The notes: generated by a model from the sequence alone, not told the origin. DNA of 31,818 nucleotides from a virus (IMGVR_UViG_3300030376_000593:1-31818); one strand, 5' to 3'; shown: positions 1-9,409, numbered from the stretch's first letter. Translations and numbers: made by a program.

Positions 1-8
1 GATCATCT
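1..8. repeat. 8-bp terminal overlap GATCATCT (copy at 31811..31818), circular junction
   Basis: Identical 8-mers at both ends. Merging gives in-frame NKYWTAERTDDQVNSLMTAGSGISLTYDD, which aligns without gaps to an internal repeat NKYFTDERVDDRVSNLVVGGTGITATYDD at about 500-590. Confidence 0.85.
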
Positions 9-1444
9 GTTCTTTCAGCAGTCCAATATTTATTTGAACTTCCTTCTGTTAAATTGTCTGTAGTTTTTGTTCCTAGCCTTGTATCAAATGCTGAGTTAGA
101 CCTAGCATCTGTATAGTAAAGATTAGAAGAACCTTCAGATAAATTATCTGTATCTTTTGTAGCTAATCTAGTATCAAAATCTGAATTAGCTCTAGCTGAT
201 GTGTAATACTGGTTTGTACTACCTTCAGGTAGAACATCTGTATCAACTTGATTTGTTCCTGTTCCAAAATCTATTAGTGTATCATCTATAGAATCTGCTG
301 CAATACTTACAGCTCCACTACTTACACTAAAATGTGATGATGAGAAACTAGCAACCCCTTTTGCACTTGTAGTTGCATCTGTTCCTGCCACAGTAAAGTT
401 AGGATATGTTCCTGAAGTACTTAATCCTGTTCCTGCTGATGCACTAATTGCTACTGTTTGGTCAGGTGATGAGTTGGTAATTGTAAGGCTATTGGCAGCA
501 TCATCATATGTTGCTGTAATTCCAGTTCCACCTACTACTAAATTACTTACTCTGTCATCTACTCTCTCATCTGTGAAGTATTTATTTGAACCTTCACTTA
601 AATCTGATGTTGACTTGCTTGATAAATCTAAATTACTACCTGTGTTTAATGCAATTCTAGCATCTGCTCTTGCATCAGTATAGTATAAATTTGTTCCTTC
701 AGAAAGATTTGTTGTTGATTTTGCTGATAATGCTGAATCAAATCTAGCTTGTGTGTAATACAAGTTTGCTCCTTCTGTAATATTTGCTGTTGTTAGTGAA
801 ATATCTCCAGTTCCATCAAAAGCCACCCCTGCAATATTCCTAGAAGTTGCTAGTGCTGTTGAAGTACTAGAATTTCCAGTCAAAGCTCCAGTAAAAGTTG
901 TAGCTGCAACAGAGGTTAAACCACTAATTGCTGCTGCTAACCCTACTGTTAAGGTTTGGCCACTTGCTGATGTTGTTATTTCATTTGTTGTTCCTGATAC
1001 TGTAAATGTTTGAGTATCTAAATCTACTGATTGAACTCCACCTGTATCAGCAGTATAGTCTAAATCACTTGCAGTTACCTGTGCATCTACATATGCTTTA
1101 ATACTTTGCTGAGTTGCTAATGCTGTTGCACTATCAGAGGCTAAATTATCCTCATCTTTTATGTCTGTTATTGTTATTACACCATCACTTAGTGATCCAA
1201 ATGTTAGTGTTCCTGATACTGTAGAGTTACCTGAGATATTTCCACTCAGGTCTCCAACAAAGCTATTACCTGTTATAGTACCTGTTGCTGTTAAATCTCC
1301 TGCATTGTTAAGGCTTACTCCTGATGATGTTCCTAAACCATCAGAAATCACTTGTAAAGAAGCTGTAAGGCCATCATTAGATCCTACTTTTATTAGAGAA
1401 TCATAACTGGATGCAATAGATATTCCTGTTAAACTATTTGCCAT
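1..1444 (-). CDS. Long tail fibre protein, N-terminal half (continues across the circular junction into 31810..30336; total 972 aa)
   Basis: Not in the ORF track. ATG at 1444 (MANSLTGISIASSYDSLIKVG...), open to base 1. Ser/Thr/Gly-rich, with repeated TxNLxEGxxNxYYTxxR motifs. Merging the 8-bp terminal overlap puts it in frame with the 30336..31796 ORF. Confidence 0.9.
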   Translation of the reverse strand, partial: MANSLTGISIASSYDSLIKVGSNDGLTASLQVISDGLGTSSGVSLNNAGDLTATGTITGNSFVGDLSGNISGNSTVSGTLTFGSLSDGVITITDIKDEDNLASDSATALATQQSIKAYVDAQVTASDLDYTADTGGVQSVDLDTQTFTVSGTTNEITTSASGQTLTVGLAAAISGLTSVAATTFTGALTGNSSTSTALATSRNIAGVAFDGTGDISLTTANITEGANLYYTQARFDSALSAKSTTNLSEGTNLYYTDARADARIALNTGSNLDLSSKSTSDLSEGSNKYFTDERVDDRVSNLVVGGTGITATYDDAANSLTITNSSPDQTVAISASAGTGLSTSGTYPNFTVAGTDATTSAKGVASFSSSHFSVSSGAVSIAADSIDDTLIDFGTGTNQVDTDVLPEGSTNQYYTSARANSDFDTRLATKDTDNLSEGSSNLYYTDARSNSAFDTRLGTKTTDNLTEGSSNKYWTAERTDD

Positions 1445-1523
1445 TTTGAATTGTTTTTATTTTATTGTTTATATATCTCATTAACTTTATAATGTTTTTT
1501 TGCTTAGGTTTATATGTTTTCAT
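1434..1523 (-). CDS. Small basic hypothetical protein (29 aa, MKTYKPKQKNIIKLMRYINNKIKTIQNGK)
   Basis: ATGA overlap with the upstream stop codon; fills the gap exactly and overlaps the fibre start. Confidence 0.55.
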   Translation of the reverse strand: MKTYKPKQKNIIKLMRYINNKIKTIQNGK

Positions 1524-2029
1524 AATACCCATCCTTGAAATGTTGGTTCATCTCTATCAGGATATATGTCATCATTTGTATTTGATGTATATTCAGGAAA
1601 AGATGTTTGATTAAAATCCATAAATTGTATAAACCTTCTTGTATAATATTCAGCTAGAGTTCTTTCTTTCTCTACTAAATAATCTACTTCATTTTTATCC
1701 ACAGTCTCAGCATTTTCTGAAACATGTTTAAATATTCCTCCATTCTTAATCTGATAAGCTGCAAAAGGAAGAAAATCAACCATAGCAAAATGGATTACCA
1801 TTGGCTGTACATGATCTACAAGTAATGTCTCATAAATTGTACCTGCTATAGTGTTATTGCCAATCATTAAACCTATTTTATCATATAGGTCTGTACCAAG
1901 ATAGTTCTGAACATGTATAGTTTGTGCTATTTCCACAAAGTGCATAAGTCTGTCTGCTTGGACATTCCCATCTATTATAGTGTTCTTAACTAAATCATCT
2001 CTATTTATAAATAATACTGTTGCTGCCAT
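1520..2029 (-). CDS. Putative head-tail adaptor/connector protein
   Basis: 169 aa helical protein directly after the portal. LFI..DL..NT.IDGNV..D and AQ.IH.QNYLGT.LY motifs resemble virion proteins of marine Bacteroidota phages; function inferred from position. Confidence 0.55.
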   Translation of the reverse strand: MAATVLFINRDDLVKNTIIDGNVQADRLMHFVEIAQTIHVQNYLGTDLYDKIGLMIGNNTIAGTIYETLLVDHVQPMVIHFAMVDFLPFAAYQIKNGGIFKHVSENAETVDKNEVDYLVEKERTLAEYYTRRFIQFMDFNQTSFPEYTSNTNDDIYPDRDEPTFQGWVL

Positions 2030-2031
2030 GT

Positions 2032-3843
2032 CTATCTAGGTGTTGTAAATTTCTTAGGTTCTAAAAAACCTCTATTTTTCATATCTCTTGGCCTTTCAGC
2101 TACCTTCTTATCATTCTTTTCAGGTGTAAACCCTTTTTTTCTAGCTTCATTTACACTTACTGTCTTATCATTATCTAGGCCATCACTAGGTAAAAATTCT
2201 CCTTGTGCATTTCTTTTTCTAAAGTATACCTTTCTCATCCAAAAATGCTGACATGATCCACCTCCTTTGTAGAACCATACACTATAGGTATCAGCTCCAT
2301 TAGGTCCCCATCCTGCATTTACTGCCTTTTTATCCATAGAAAGTATATCCTCTTTTCTATATATCTTATTTGCAGCTAACATTTTTCTACAAAATTCTCT
2401 TGTGTTTGCTTTTACAATGTCAGGAGCATATTGATACCTTACTTTAAACAAGCCTTTATCTTGATCTGACTTAGCATCAGGCTTTGCTGTACCAGTAGAT
2501 GCTAGTTTTAACATCTCATTTTGCTTATCATCTAGGTCATAATCAACCTGTTCTTCACTAATTAGATCCCATCCCTCTGTATCTTCATCTTCTCCAAGAG
2601 CTATAAGATCATCTGCAATTAAATTACTAGGATGATTATCTTTTCTATAGACCTTTTGTTCTTTTTTAAGGCTTAATTTTTGGCCTGTTTCTTCTTCTCT
2701 AGTCTCTTTATCTGTTACATTAGTTAAATCTGTAAATTCTAAAGGCTGTAATGTCTTGAAATACAGGTTTAATGATATGTTATTATATGCTAATATCTTA
2801 TCAAAGGCATCAATCATTAAGTTTTGGAAAGGTCTTATTACCATATTATCCATAAGTACTGATGCTTTCTCCATTTCATCTGCATTGTTACCTAATCCAG
2901 TATTGTTTTTAATACCTAAAAGCATTGGTGATACAACCCTATGAGCTACTAATATCTTTTCTTGTGATTCAGTACTTAAAAATTGATACTGATTGTGTGC
3001 ATCAGACAACTGTATTGGTTCTATACTAGCCTGAGATTCTGTGTTATCATTAAATGATAGTATAAACCTACCTGCATTAGTTGATCCAGTAAACTTATCT
3101 GCTATTTTTCTCTCTATAATACTTCTTTCTTCTTCATTAGGAATACCATTGTTCATATTGATGATCATTGAAGGAGATAGGCCATTTTTAATGTTATTCA
3201 TATGGAAGTTTGATACCTCAGATTCAAGCTCTGCATATTGTAGACCACCAGTATATGCAGGTGGACTATAATAATAGTACCCTGCTTTATAAGGTTTAAT
3301 GAATAATATCTCTCTAGCCTCTTTAGATGTACCAAATGCAGGTATTCTTGTAAGCTCATCTGAGTTTTTATGTGTTGACCAATCAGGACAATAGTAATAA
3401 CCCTCTATTTCTCCTTGTTCAGAAGATACCTCTGCTCTTAATGTCTCTACTGGTATGTGTTCTACCTGTACTATTTTCTTTCTTCCTTTACCATATATGA
3501 TTTGAAGTGCTGCACCCCCCATTAAATAGTAGTCATATATAACCTTTTTAACTGCATCCTTGTTTAACAGACCAATCATTTGTGCATATTGCATAGGTTT
3601 ATTACTAGAATCTGTTGCATCTATTCCCCTACCATATATCATCTCTGATATTCCATTAATACATGCATGATTTGTAGGTGATCCCATATACTGGTCTATT
3701 AGATATTGGTAATAGTTGTTATCCTCACCATACATAACATAATCCTTTCTTGGATCTTCTATTATTTTAGGAGAAGTATATGTTGCCAATTCAACTACTC
3801 TTATATCTCCTTCAAATTTTGGTTTTCTGTGTTGTCTACTCAT
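2032..3843 (-). CDS. Portal protein with C-terminal extension
   Basis: N-terminal part of about 370 aa with SPTNHACINGIS.MIYGRG, NNIKNGLSPS, GSTNAGRFILSFND and AHRVVSPMLLGIK portal-like motifs; extra C-terminal domain with REFC...GGGSCQHFW. Confidence 0.8.
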   Translation of the reverse strand: MSRQHRKPKFEGDIRVVELATYTSPKIIEDPRKDYVMYGEDNNYYQYLIDQYMGSPTNHACINGISEMIYGRGIDATDSSNKPMQYAQMIGLLNKDAVKKVIYDYYLMGGAALQIIYGKGRKKIVQVEHIPVETLRAEVSSEQGEIEGYYYCPDWSTHKNSDELTRIPAFGTSKEAREILFIKPYKAGYYYYSPPAYTGGLQYAELESEVSNFHMNNIKNGLSPSMIINMNNGIPNEEERSIIERKIADKFTGSTNAGRFILSFNDNTESQASIEPIQLSDAHNQYQFLSTESQEKILVAHRVVSPMLLGIKNNTGLGNNADEMEKASVLMDNMVIRPFQNLMIDAFDKILAYNNISLNLYFKTLQPLEFTDLTNVTDKETREEETGQKLSLKKEQKVYRKDNHPSNLIADDLIALGEDEDTEGWDLISEEQVDYDLDDKQNEMLKLASTGTAKPDAKSDQDKGLFKVRYQYAPDIVKANTREFCRKMLAANKIYRKEDILSMDKKAVNAGWGPNGADTYSVWFYKGGGSCQHFWMRKVYFRKRNAQGEFLPSDGLDNDKTVSVNEARKKGFTPEKNDKKVAERPRDMKNRGFLEPKKFTTPR

Positions 3844-3848
3844 TTTAT

Positions 3849-4361
3849 TTATGTTACTGGCCCATTATATACCTTGTATGTGTTGTCTCTAGATGTACTA
3901 ACAGTATACACATCCTTGTATGGATCATAATATTCATTTGCACCTTGTGATATTGTTTGATCAGTACAGAAAAGTCTGTCCTTATATATCACTAATTCTC
4001 TAGGATCCCTAACATCATCCCAGTTACCTGTTGTTTCATTCCAAGAGTTTGTTGCAAAGTTCCAAGCTGCACCTGATCTTGTTATTCCTTGTTCCCAATT
4101 TATGTTAAGTAAATCCCATGTCTGTGATATTGTTTCCCAGTTTGAACCAATAGAAACAACTTTAACTTCATAAAACTTACTCTCCTCTAATGTTAATGCA
4201 ACATTTATAGATGCATAGTTATTTAGCTGAGACATAGGAACATTATGTGTCTGTACAGCTAATGTTTCTTCATCTTTTATCTCTATCCTTGCATTTACTA
4301 CAAATGATCTTGGTATAAATGTAAAAGTTTGAGCTGATGCTGCTGTACTTAAATATATCAT
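3849..4361 (-). CDS. Virion structural protein with Trp-periodic insert
   Basis: 170 aa between the tail tube and portal genes; preceded by the ATTATATAA motif; contains two W-x6-W-x6-W blocks. Confidence 0.6.
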   Translation of the reverse strand: MIYLSTAASAQTFTFIPRSFVVNARIEIKDEETLAVQTHNVPMSQLNNYASINVALTLEESKFYEVKVVSIGSNWETISQTWDLLNINWEQGITRSGAAWNFATNSWNETTGNWDDVRDPRELVIYKDRLFCTDQTISQGANEYYDPYKDVYTVSTSRDNTYKVYNGPVT

Positions 4362-4363
4362 AC

Positions 4364-4372
4364 TTATATAAT
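4364..4372 (-). promoter_or_regulatory. ATTATATAA motif, putative late promoter
   Basis: 2 nt before ATG 4361, just downstream of a terminator. Confidence 0.6.
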
Positions 4373-4416
4373 GCTATTTATATAGTTTTTTATAAAGTGT
4401 AAAGTTTTTTTTAAAC

Positions 4417-4447
4417 AAAAAAAAAGGAGACCATATAGATCCCCTTT
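4417..4447 (-). terminator. Rho-independent terminator after the tail tube gene
   Basis: Minus strand AAAGGGGAUC-UAUAU-GGUCUCCUUU running into a 9-U tract; the G-U pairs form only on the minus strand. Confidence 0.85.
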
Positions 4448-4468
4448 AATTAGAAAAACACTTAACTA

Positions 4469-5002
4469 TTATGATGTAGGAAAAGTATTAATTTGAGTAG
4501 TGCTATCTAAAGCTAGTACTACTGAACCTGTTATAAAATCAGGTGGATTCTTTTCAATAGCCTCAAAAGTTAAATTAAAGCCATTAAAGTCTCCCATATT
4601 AGCTCCTACTGTGAAGTTTCCTGTGGTTAGTTCACCACCATTCACTCTACCAACCAATAAATAGTTATCATCTGCATCTACCACTACAATGTGTGGTCTA
4701 CCAACAGCTAATAACTTAATTTGTTCACTTGTTGCTCTATCATAATATTGTAGTTGTAGTGTTAATGACTGTGTGTAGAAAGTAGTTCCATTTTCTCTTG
4801 ATGAAGTTACTACTGTATCTAAATTAGTAGTACCTCTTACATCAAATTTATAAAATACAGGTGTTCCTGCAAAAGCAGATATTAATCCTGCTGATTCAGT
4901 TATATCACCTAGTGTTCCATAATCTGCAAAGAATACAGTTTTTATAGATCCACTTTTATTTTTACATGGTACTATTCTACCTGATGTTAAATTACAACTC
5001 AT
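4469..5002 (-). CDS. Putative major tail tube protein
   Basis: 177 aa beta-rich protein, MSC.LT.GR..PCK...G.IK.V.F and SRENGTTFY.Q.L.L motifs, directly after the capsid gene. Confidence 0.65.
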   Translation of the reverse strand: MSCNLTSGRIVPCKNKSGSIKTVFFADYGTLGDITESAGLISAFAGTPVFYKFDVRGTTNLDTVVTSSRENGTTFYTQSLTLQLQYYDRATSEQIKLLAVGRPHIVVVDADDNYLLVGRVNGGELTTGNFTVGANMGDFNGFNLTFEAIEKNPPDFITGSVVLALDSTTQINTFPTS

Positions 5003-5019
5003 ATTATTATTATTTTTTT

Positions 5020-5050
5020 AAAAGTATTAGGAGGCTTTTACACCTCCTAT
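5020..5050 (-). terminator. Stem-loop (partial terminator or processing site) after the major capsid gene
   Basis: Inverted repeat TAGGAGG (5028-5034) / CCTCCTA (5043-5049) with an imperfect U tract. Confidence 0.6.
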
Positions 5051-5069
5051 GTACTTGGATTATTAACTA

Positions 5070-5993
5070 TTATGTATAGAATACAATTTCCTCAGAAATA
5101 CCATACTGGATTCCATAAGTGAATCTAGCAACAAATCTAGCATTTCTATCTCCTAAAGTTTCAGAAGTATCAATAACTCTAACCTCATTTAGGTCAGATA
5201 GTACTGATGTTCCAAAGTATAGGTTACTTTTCTGTGCAAGTGCCATAGTAGAATCACTCATACCATCACATAAGAAGATTGGAATACCATCAAATGTTAA
5301 TGCTTGACCATTGTACCACATTTGTCCTTTGTTCTCAAATCCATTTGCTCCAACACCTAAAGCATGGCCACCCATAGCTCTAATGTATGACTGAACAACA
5401 TTTGGTGCTACATATAATGTAAGATCTTCCTTACCATATGTAGTGTTTGGACATAGATCTAATGTATCTCCCATTTTTGCAATAACATTAGCTGATGTAA
5501 TAGCTGCTGTGTTTTGAACATCCACAATATTAGCATCTGCTGCCCATAATGTTTCAAATCCATCTATTTCTCCTGCATTTGCATTAGCACCTGTCCAAAT
5601 TGAAGATTCAACACTTGCTGATACTTGATCTGCAAAGTGTGCAATAATCCAATCTGAAAAAGAACTTGGCATATTAGTGAAACTTGATACTCCTAATTCA
5701 GCAGCCTCCCAAGAATCAACAAATTGCTTAGTACAAAATGTGATGTTAACTTGAAATTCCTCTGTAGTTAGTATCTTCTCAGTAATGGCAACAGTTCCTT
5801 GATTATCATAATCACAAGTTGAATTTTTGATAATTCCTGAAGTAGCCACTTTCTGAATAACACTTTTGTGTTTTACATTAGGCATGATAGTTACACCACC
5901 ATTATCTAATGTAGTTCCTGATAACAATGCAGCAGCTATATATTTCTTAGCTGATTCACCTGCATATGTTGTAGTAATTGTTGGTTTACTCAT
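5070..5993 (-). CDS. Major capsid protein
   Basis: 307 aa, ITTTYAGE.A.KYI.AALLSG.TL start, HK97-like size, directly after scaffold and protease genes, followed by a hairpin. Confidence 0.8.
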   Translation of the reverse strand: MSKPTITTTYAGESAKKYIAAALLSGTTLDNGGVTIMPNVKHKSVIQKVATSGIIKNSTCDYDNQGTVAITEKILTTEEFQVNITFCTKQFVDSWEAAELGVSSFTNMPSSFSDWIIAHFADQVSASVESSIWTGANANAGEIDGFETLWAADANIVDVQNTAAITSANVIAKMGDTLDLCPNTTYGKEDLTLYVAPNVVQSYIRAMGGHALGVGANGFENKGQMWYNGQALTFDGIPIFLCDGMSDSTMALAQKSNLYFGTSVLSDLNEVRVIDTSETLGDRNARFVARFTYGIQYGISEEIVFYT

Positions 5994-6016
5994 TTTATTT
6001 TAATTTATATTTGGTT

Positions 6017-6616
6017 TTAACTTAATTTATTCATTATTCTATCAAGTTTGGATTCCCTTCTGTTTGATGCAAATTGGAACTCTACTTCTCTTGATTTCTT
6101 TTCAGGACTATGCTTTAAAGGTGCAGCATCAGGTGTTTCTTTTAACTCCTCTTTAACTGCTTTTAATTCCACTTCCTTGCTTTCTAGCACTTGGCTTAGG
6201 TTTACTTTCATATCTTCAACCATAGCCTTCAGTTCATCAAACTGATCTTTAGTAGCAAACTCTGTAGTTAATTCTTCAGATACTTCTTCATTTTTTGCCT
6301 CAACTTCTTCTTCAACAACTGTTTCTTCAGTAGCCTCAGCAATTTTAGAAATAATACCTTCTTCTTCAACTACAACTGTTCTACCATCTTCTAAAGTGTA
6401 TTCACCTACAGGCATTGGTACTCTGTCATCTTCTGTAACAATAAATACCTCTTTGCCTGAAGCAAACTCCTCAGATTCAATGACTGTTCCATTATCTAAG
6501 GTCATAGTAGCTAAAACAACTTCTTCTGCTTTAACTTCTACATTCTTAGTCTCATCTTTTGATAATTCCATCCCTAAGATGTTTTTGATTTTACTTAATG
6601 TATCAGTTGCTTTCAT
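6017..6616 (-). CDS. Putative capsid scaffolding protein
   Basis: Very acidic, P.GEY.LEDGR.VVVEEEGII motif plus coiled coil, immediately upstream of the capsid gene. Confidence 0.7.
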   Translation of the reverse strand: MKATDTLSKIKNILGMELSKDETKNVEVKAEEVVLATMTLDNGTVIESEEFASGKEVFIVTEDDRVPMPVGEYTLEDGRTVVVEEEGIISKIAEATEETVVEEEVEAKNEEVSEELTTEFATKDQFDELKAMVEDMKVNLSQVLESKEVELKAVKEELKETPDAAPLKHSPEKKSREVEFQFASNRRESKLDRIMNKLS

Positions 6617-6618
6617 AA

Positions 6619-6627
6619 TTATATAAT
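6619..6627 (-). promoter_or_regulatory. ATTATATAA motif, putative late promoter
   Basis: 2 nt before the scaffold ATG 6616. Confidence 0.6.
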
Positions 6628-6657
6628 TATATTGATTTAAAAATTTATATATTTGGT

Positions 6658-6807
6658 CTAACTTTCTGTCTTACCAACACCTTGTCCCCATAATGTGCCA
6701 TCACAGCAATCAGTATGGTATGTATTGTCATCACACAAACAACCCCTAGTAGACCTTATAGGACTTGTATATGATGGTATTGGATTTTTTCTCTTATTTT
6801 GTTTCAT
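6658..6807 (-). CDS. Small Cys-rich hypothetical protein (49 aa, ...RGCLCDDNTYHTDCCDGTLWGQGVG...)
   Basis: Not in the ORF track; ATGA-coupled to the upstream small ORF; CxC-x8-CC motif. Confidence 0.7.
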   Translation of the reverse strand: MKQNKRKNPIPSYTSPIRSTRGCLCDDNTYHTDCCDGTLWGQGVGKTES

Positions 6808-6959
6808 CTTCCTTGTCTGTGATAAGGTTTAGCATAGTTATCAGATCCTTTATTTTTAGAAGTCTTACTTTTTGCATGTACACCCTTTCTTCTTATCCTC
6901 TTTTTAATCAAGACTGTTGTAGGTGTAAACCTTTTAGTCTTTTTTCTCCTAACTGGCAT
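6804..6959 (-). CDS. Small highly basic protein (51 aa, MPVRRKKTKRF...RRKGVHAKSKTSKNKGSDNYAKPYHRQGR)
   Basis: Not in the ORF track; overlaps the protease stop codon and the next ATG; Lys/Arg-rich. Confidence 0.7.
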   Translation of the reverse strand: MPVRRKKTKRFTPTTVLIKKRIRRKGVHAKSKTSKNKGSDNYAKPYHRQGR

Positions 6960-7554
6960 CTGATTTTATTATATCTTTTATTGCCTCTAACAATAAATCT
7001 TCCTCCATAGATTCAGGAATAGCCTCTTTAGGTCTTTCTGCTTTATCAGCAAAGTAACCCTCTATTGAAAATCCATTAACAACACCTTCTTTTACATAAT
7101 CTTTCCACACCTCATCAGAATCTACTCTTATAGATCCCATCCATGTGCCTACTGGAACTTCTTTTGTATTATCATATAGTCTACTCTTATCATGCACACT
7201 ATCTTGTACAATCCAAGATTCAACTAATGTTAAACCTTTTAAACTATATTGATGTTCTAATGTTGCTTGACTTTGATTGCCTTCTTTTAAATACATTTGT
7301 GATGCTTTTTCAACTGTGTCTTTAGAAAAGTATATATAGTAATCTTCATCACCACCATTTCTAAGTATTGGCTTATTTGGTATAAGTATTGGGCCTAAAA
7401 GAAGTCTCTTATCTTTAGATACTTCTGCAAGTCTAACCTCTTGATCCTTTAATGCTACAAAGTTACTTTGTATTGCAGGATTCTCTACAATAGAGATAGC
7501 ATCTACTCCATTGAAGTCTAAATCCTCATCTAGTATTAATTCTATGATCTTCAT
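6949..7554 (-). CDS. Prohead (capsid maturation) serine protease, XkdF-like
   Basis: AISIVENPAI, LIPNKPI.R, TLEH, VESWI, PVGTW and GFSIEG motifs. Confidence 0.75.
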   Translation of the reverse strand: MKIIELILDEDLDFNGVDAISIVENPAIQSNFVALKDQEVRLAEVSKDKRLLLGPILIPNKPILRNGGDEDYYIYFSKDTVEKASQMYLKEGNQSQATLEHQYSLKGLTLVESWIVQDSVHDKSRLYDNTKEVPVGTWMGSIRVDSDEVWKDYVKEGVVNGFSIEGYFADKAERPKEAIPESMEEDLLLEAIKDIIKSDAS

Positions 7555-7556
7555 AA

Positions 7557-7565
7557 TTATATAAT
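7557..7565 (-). promoter_or_regulatory. ATTATATAA motif, putative late promoter
   Basis: 2 nt before the protease ATG 7554. Confidence 0.6.
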
Positions 7566-7584
7566 CTTTTAATTTGCTTTTTTT

Positions 7585-9255
7585 TTAAATTCCTCTTTGT
7601 GCAATAGCTCCAACTCCTGCTGTTAAAATTCTGTTCCTCTCTAACTCTTGTGCTGTTGTTACATCACTAGCAACTACAAATGCTTTAACTGGCTGTTGTG
7701 TTTGGCCTGATATTGCATCTGTTAATTGATTAATTGGTGAATCTCCTACAACATTAAAAGAAGGAGGCTGAATTACAGGTGCAGGTGATGATCCTCCTGA
7801 TGCTGCAACCCCTCCTACAGAAAGTACTGGAACCTGTGTCTGTTTTATTGCTTGAACCATTTTGAACCCTGCTGCTAATACAGTAGCAACTCCTGCTATT
7901 TTACCTACTAAAGTTGTTTCAGTTTCTAATACATCTGCTGCACCTGCATAGGTAGATATAATAGCATTTGCTATACCTAATGCTTTAGCTGCATTAGATC
8001 CCTCCATAGCAATACCTATACCAAGAGCTGTAAATTTAAGTAATGTATCTGCTTTAAACTTTTCTCCATCTTCTACTATTTCACCAGTATCTTTTTGATT
8101 CTTTTCTTCAATAACTTTAATAGCTTCTGCTTTAGCTTCTTCTAAAGCTACCACATTACCATTATAAAGCCTAGCCTGTTCTATAAGTGCATCATATCTC
8201 TCCTGTGCTTTTGTTATTTCTAATTGTGTTTTTTCATCTTCACTTACAGCTAATGCCTCTCTTTGTGCTAATGTAAATGCAGCTTCAGCATCTAATTCCT
8301 TTTGTTTATCTGCATCTGCTGTAGCTTTATCTGCATCTATCTTAGCTTGTTCTTCATTTCTAAATGCAATAATTTGAGATGTTACTTCTTTTTGTTTTGT
8401 TAACCTTGCAGTTTCCAATGCAATTAGGTCTGCCCTTAACTGTGCCTCCTCCTCTAAATCTTCTTTAGTAGATCCTGATAGTTTATTTTCTTCAACCCTT
8501 GCATTTAATCTTATTCTAGCTAGATTGATTTCTTTATTTGTTATTTCTTCCTCAATAGCTCCTGCCTCCTCTAGAAATCCAATCCTTTGTTTTAAATTAT
8601 AATCTTCAAGGTTAATAGCTTTTTCTAATAAGTCTGCTCTATCTCTATCTGCTTTTGCTCTCTCTACTATTAACTTTCTTTGTAGCTTATCTCCTCTAGC
8701 TTGTGCATCTGCAAGTTTTGAAACTATAGCTAATTCCTTTTCTGTTTCTTCTCTAAAATTCTTAACACCATCAGTAGCCTCTTTAAAGCTATCCTTAATT
8801 CCATCTACTGCCTCAGCAGCTCCTTCAGCATCTCCTCTAAATTTAGCTCCTAAGTATTTACCAACATTTAATAGTGCATTACCAAAACTGGAAAGTATAT
8901 CTGTAACATTACCAACAACAACTCCAATTTGTTTTGTTATTTTTATAAATTTATTTTGGCCTTCTTCATTACTTGTGAAAGCTGCTGCTAGTGATGCTAT
9001 ACCTGCAACCAATAAACCAATACCTAGAGCTTTAAATACAGCACCAAAAGTTCTAAGACTTTTAATAGCTCCTATTATTGCTGTTTTTGTAGCTTTAAAT
9101 CCTGAGATCATACCCCCAGTAGCTTTATCAGCAGCATCATTTATATTTTCAAAATCCTTTTGCTGTTGTTCTAGCTTTTTGTTAGTTTCATCTATTTCTT
9201 CATTAGCCTTGCTATTGTCTACTGTGAACTTTATTTCATATCTACCTATTTTCAT
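7585..9255 (-). CDS. Tape measure protein
   Basis: 556 aa Ala/Gly-rich helical protein with hydrophobic segments (ALGIGLLVAGIASL), a long coiled coil and a C-terminal PVKAFVVASDVTTAQ motif. Confidence 0.8.
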   Translation of the reverse strand: MKIGRYEIKFTVDNSKANEEIDETNKKLEQQQKDFENINDAADKATGGMISGFKATKTAIIGAIKSLRTFGAVFKALGIGLLVAGIASLAAAFTSNEEGQNKFIKITKQIGVVVGNVTDILSSFGNALLNVGKYLGAKFRGDAEGAAEAVDGIKDSFKEATDGVKNFREETEKELAIVSKLADAQARGDKLQRKLIVERAKADRDRADLLEKAINLEDYNLKQRIGFLEEAGAIEEEITNKEINLARIRLNARVEENKLSGSTKEDLEEEAQLRADLIALETARLTKQKEVTSQIIAFRNEEQAKIDADKATADADKQKELDAEAAFTLAQREALAVSEDEKTQLEITKAQERYDALIEQARLYNGNVVALEEAKAEAIKVIEEKNQKDTGEIVEDGEKFKADTLLKFTALGIGIAMEGSNAAKALGIANAIISTYAGAADVLETETTLVGKIAGVATVLAAGFKMVQAIKQTQVPVLSVGGVAASGGSSPAPVIQPPSFNVVGDSPINQLTDAISGQTQQPVKAFVVASDVTTAQELERNRILTAGVGAIAQRGI

Positions 9256-9404
9256 TAGTCTTGTTTATCAAATTTTGCCAGTTTCTTTCCTAGTTTAAAG
9301 CCTTGTTTCCAGTTTTCAGGCAGATAATGAGATCCTTGTGCCATTCTAATCCTCTCTGTTTCACCATTTACTACTTGTAAAAGTTCTATAATGTTCTTTA
9401 GCAT
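9255..9404 (-). CDS. Small hypothetical protein (49 aa, MLKNIIELLQVVNGETERIRMAQGSHYLPENWKQGFK...)
   Basis: Not in the ORF track; TAATG-coupled to the tape measure start; preceded by the ATTATATAA motif. Confidence 0.7.
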   Translation of the reverse strand: MLKNIIELLQVVNGETERIRMAQGSHYLPENWKQGFKLGKKLAKFDKQD

Positions 9405-9409
9405 ACTAT

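Noticed and set aside
1-900. CRISPR array or DGR repeats in the fibre gene
   Set aside because: The repeats are degenerate, in-frame protein repeats varying at synonymous positions; no constant repeat-spacer pattern and no reverse transcriptase gene.
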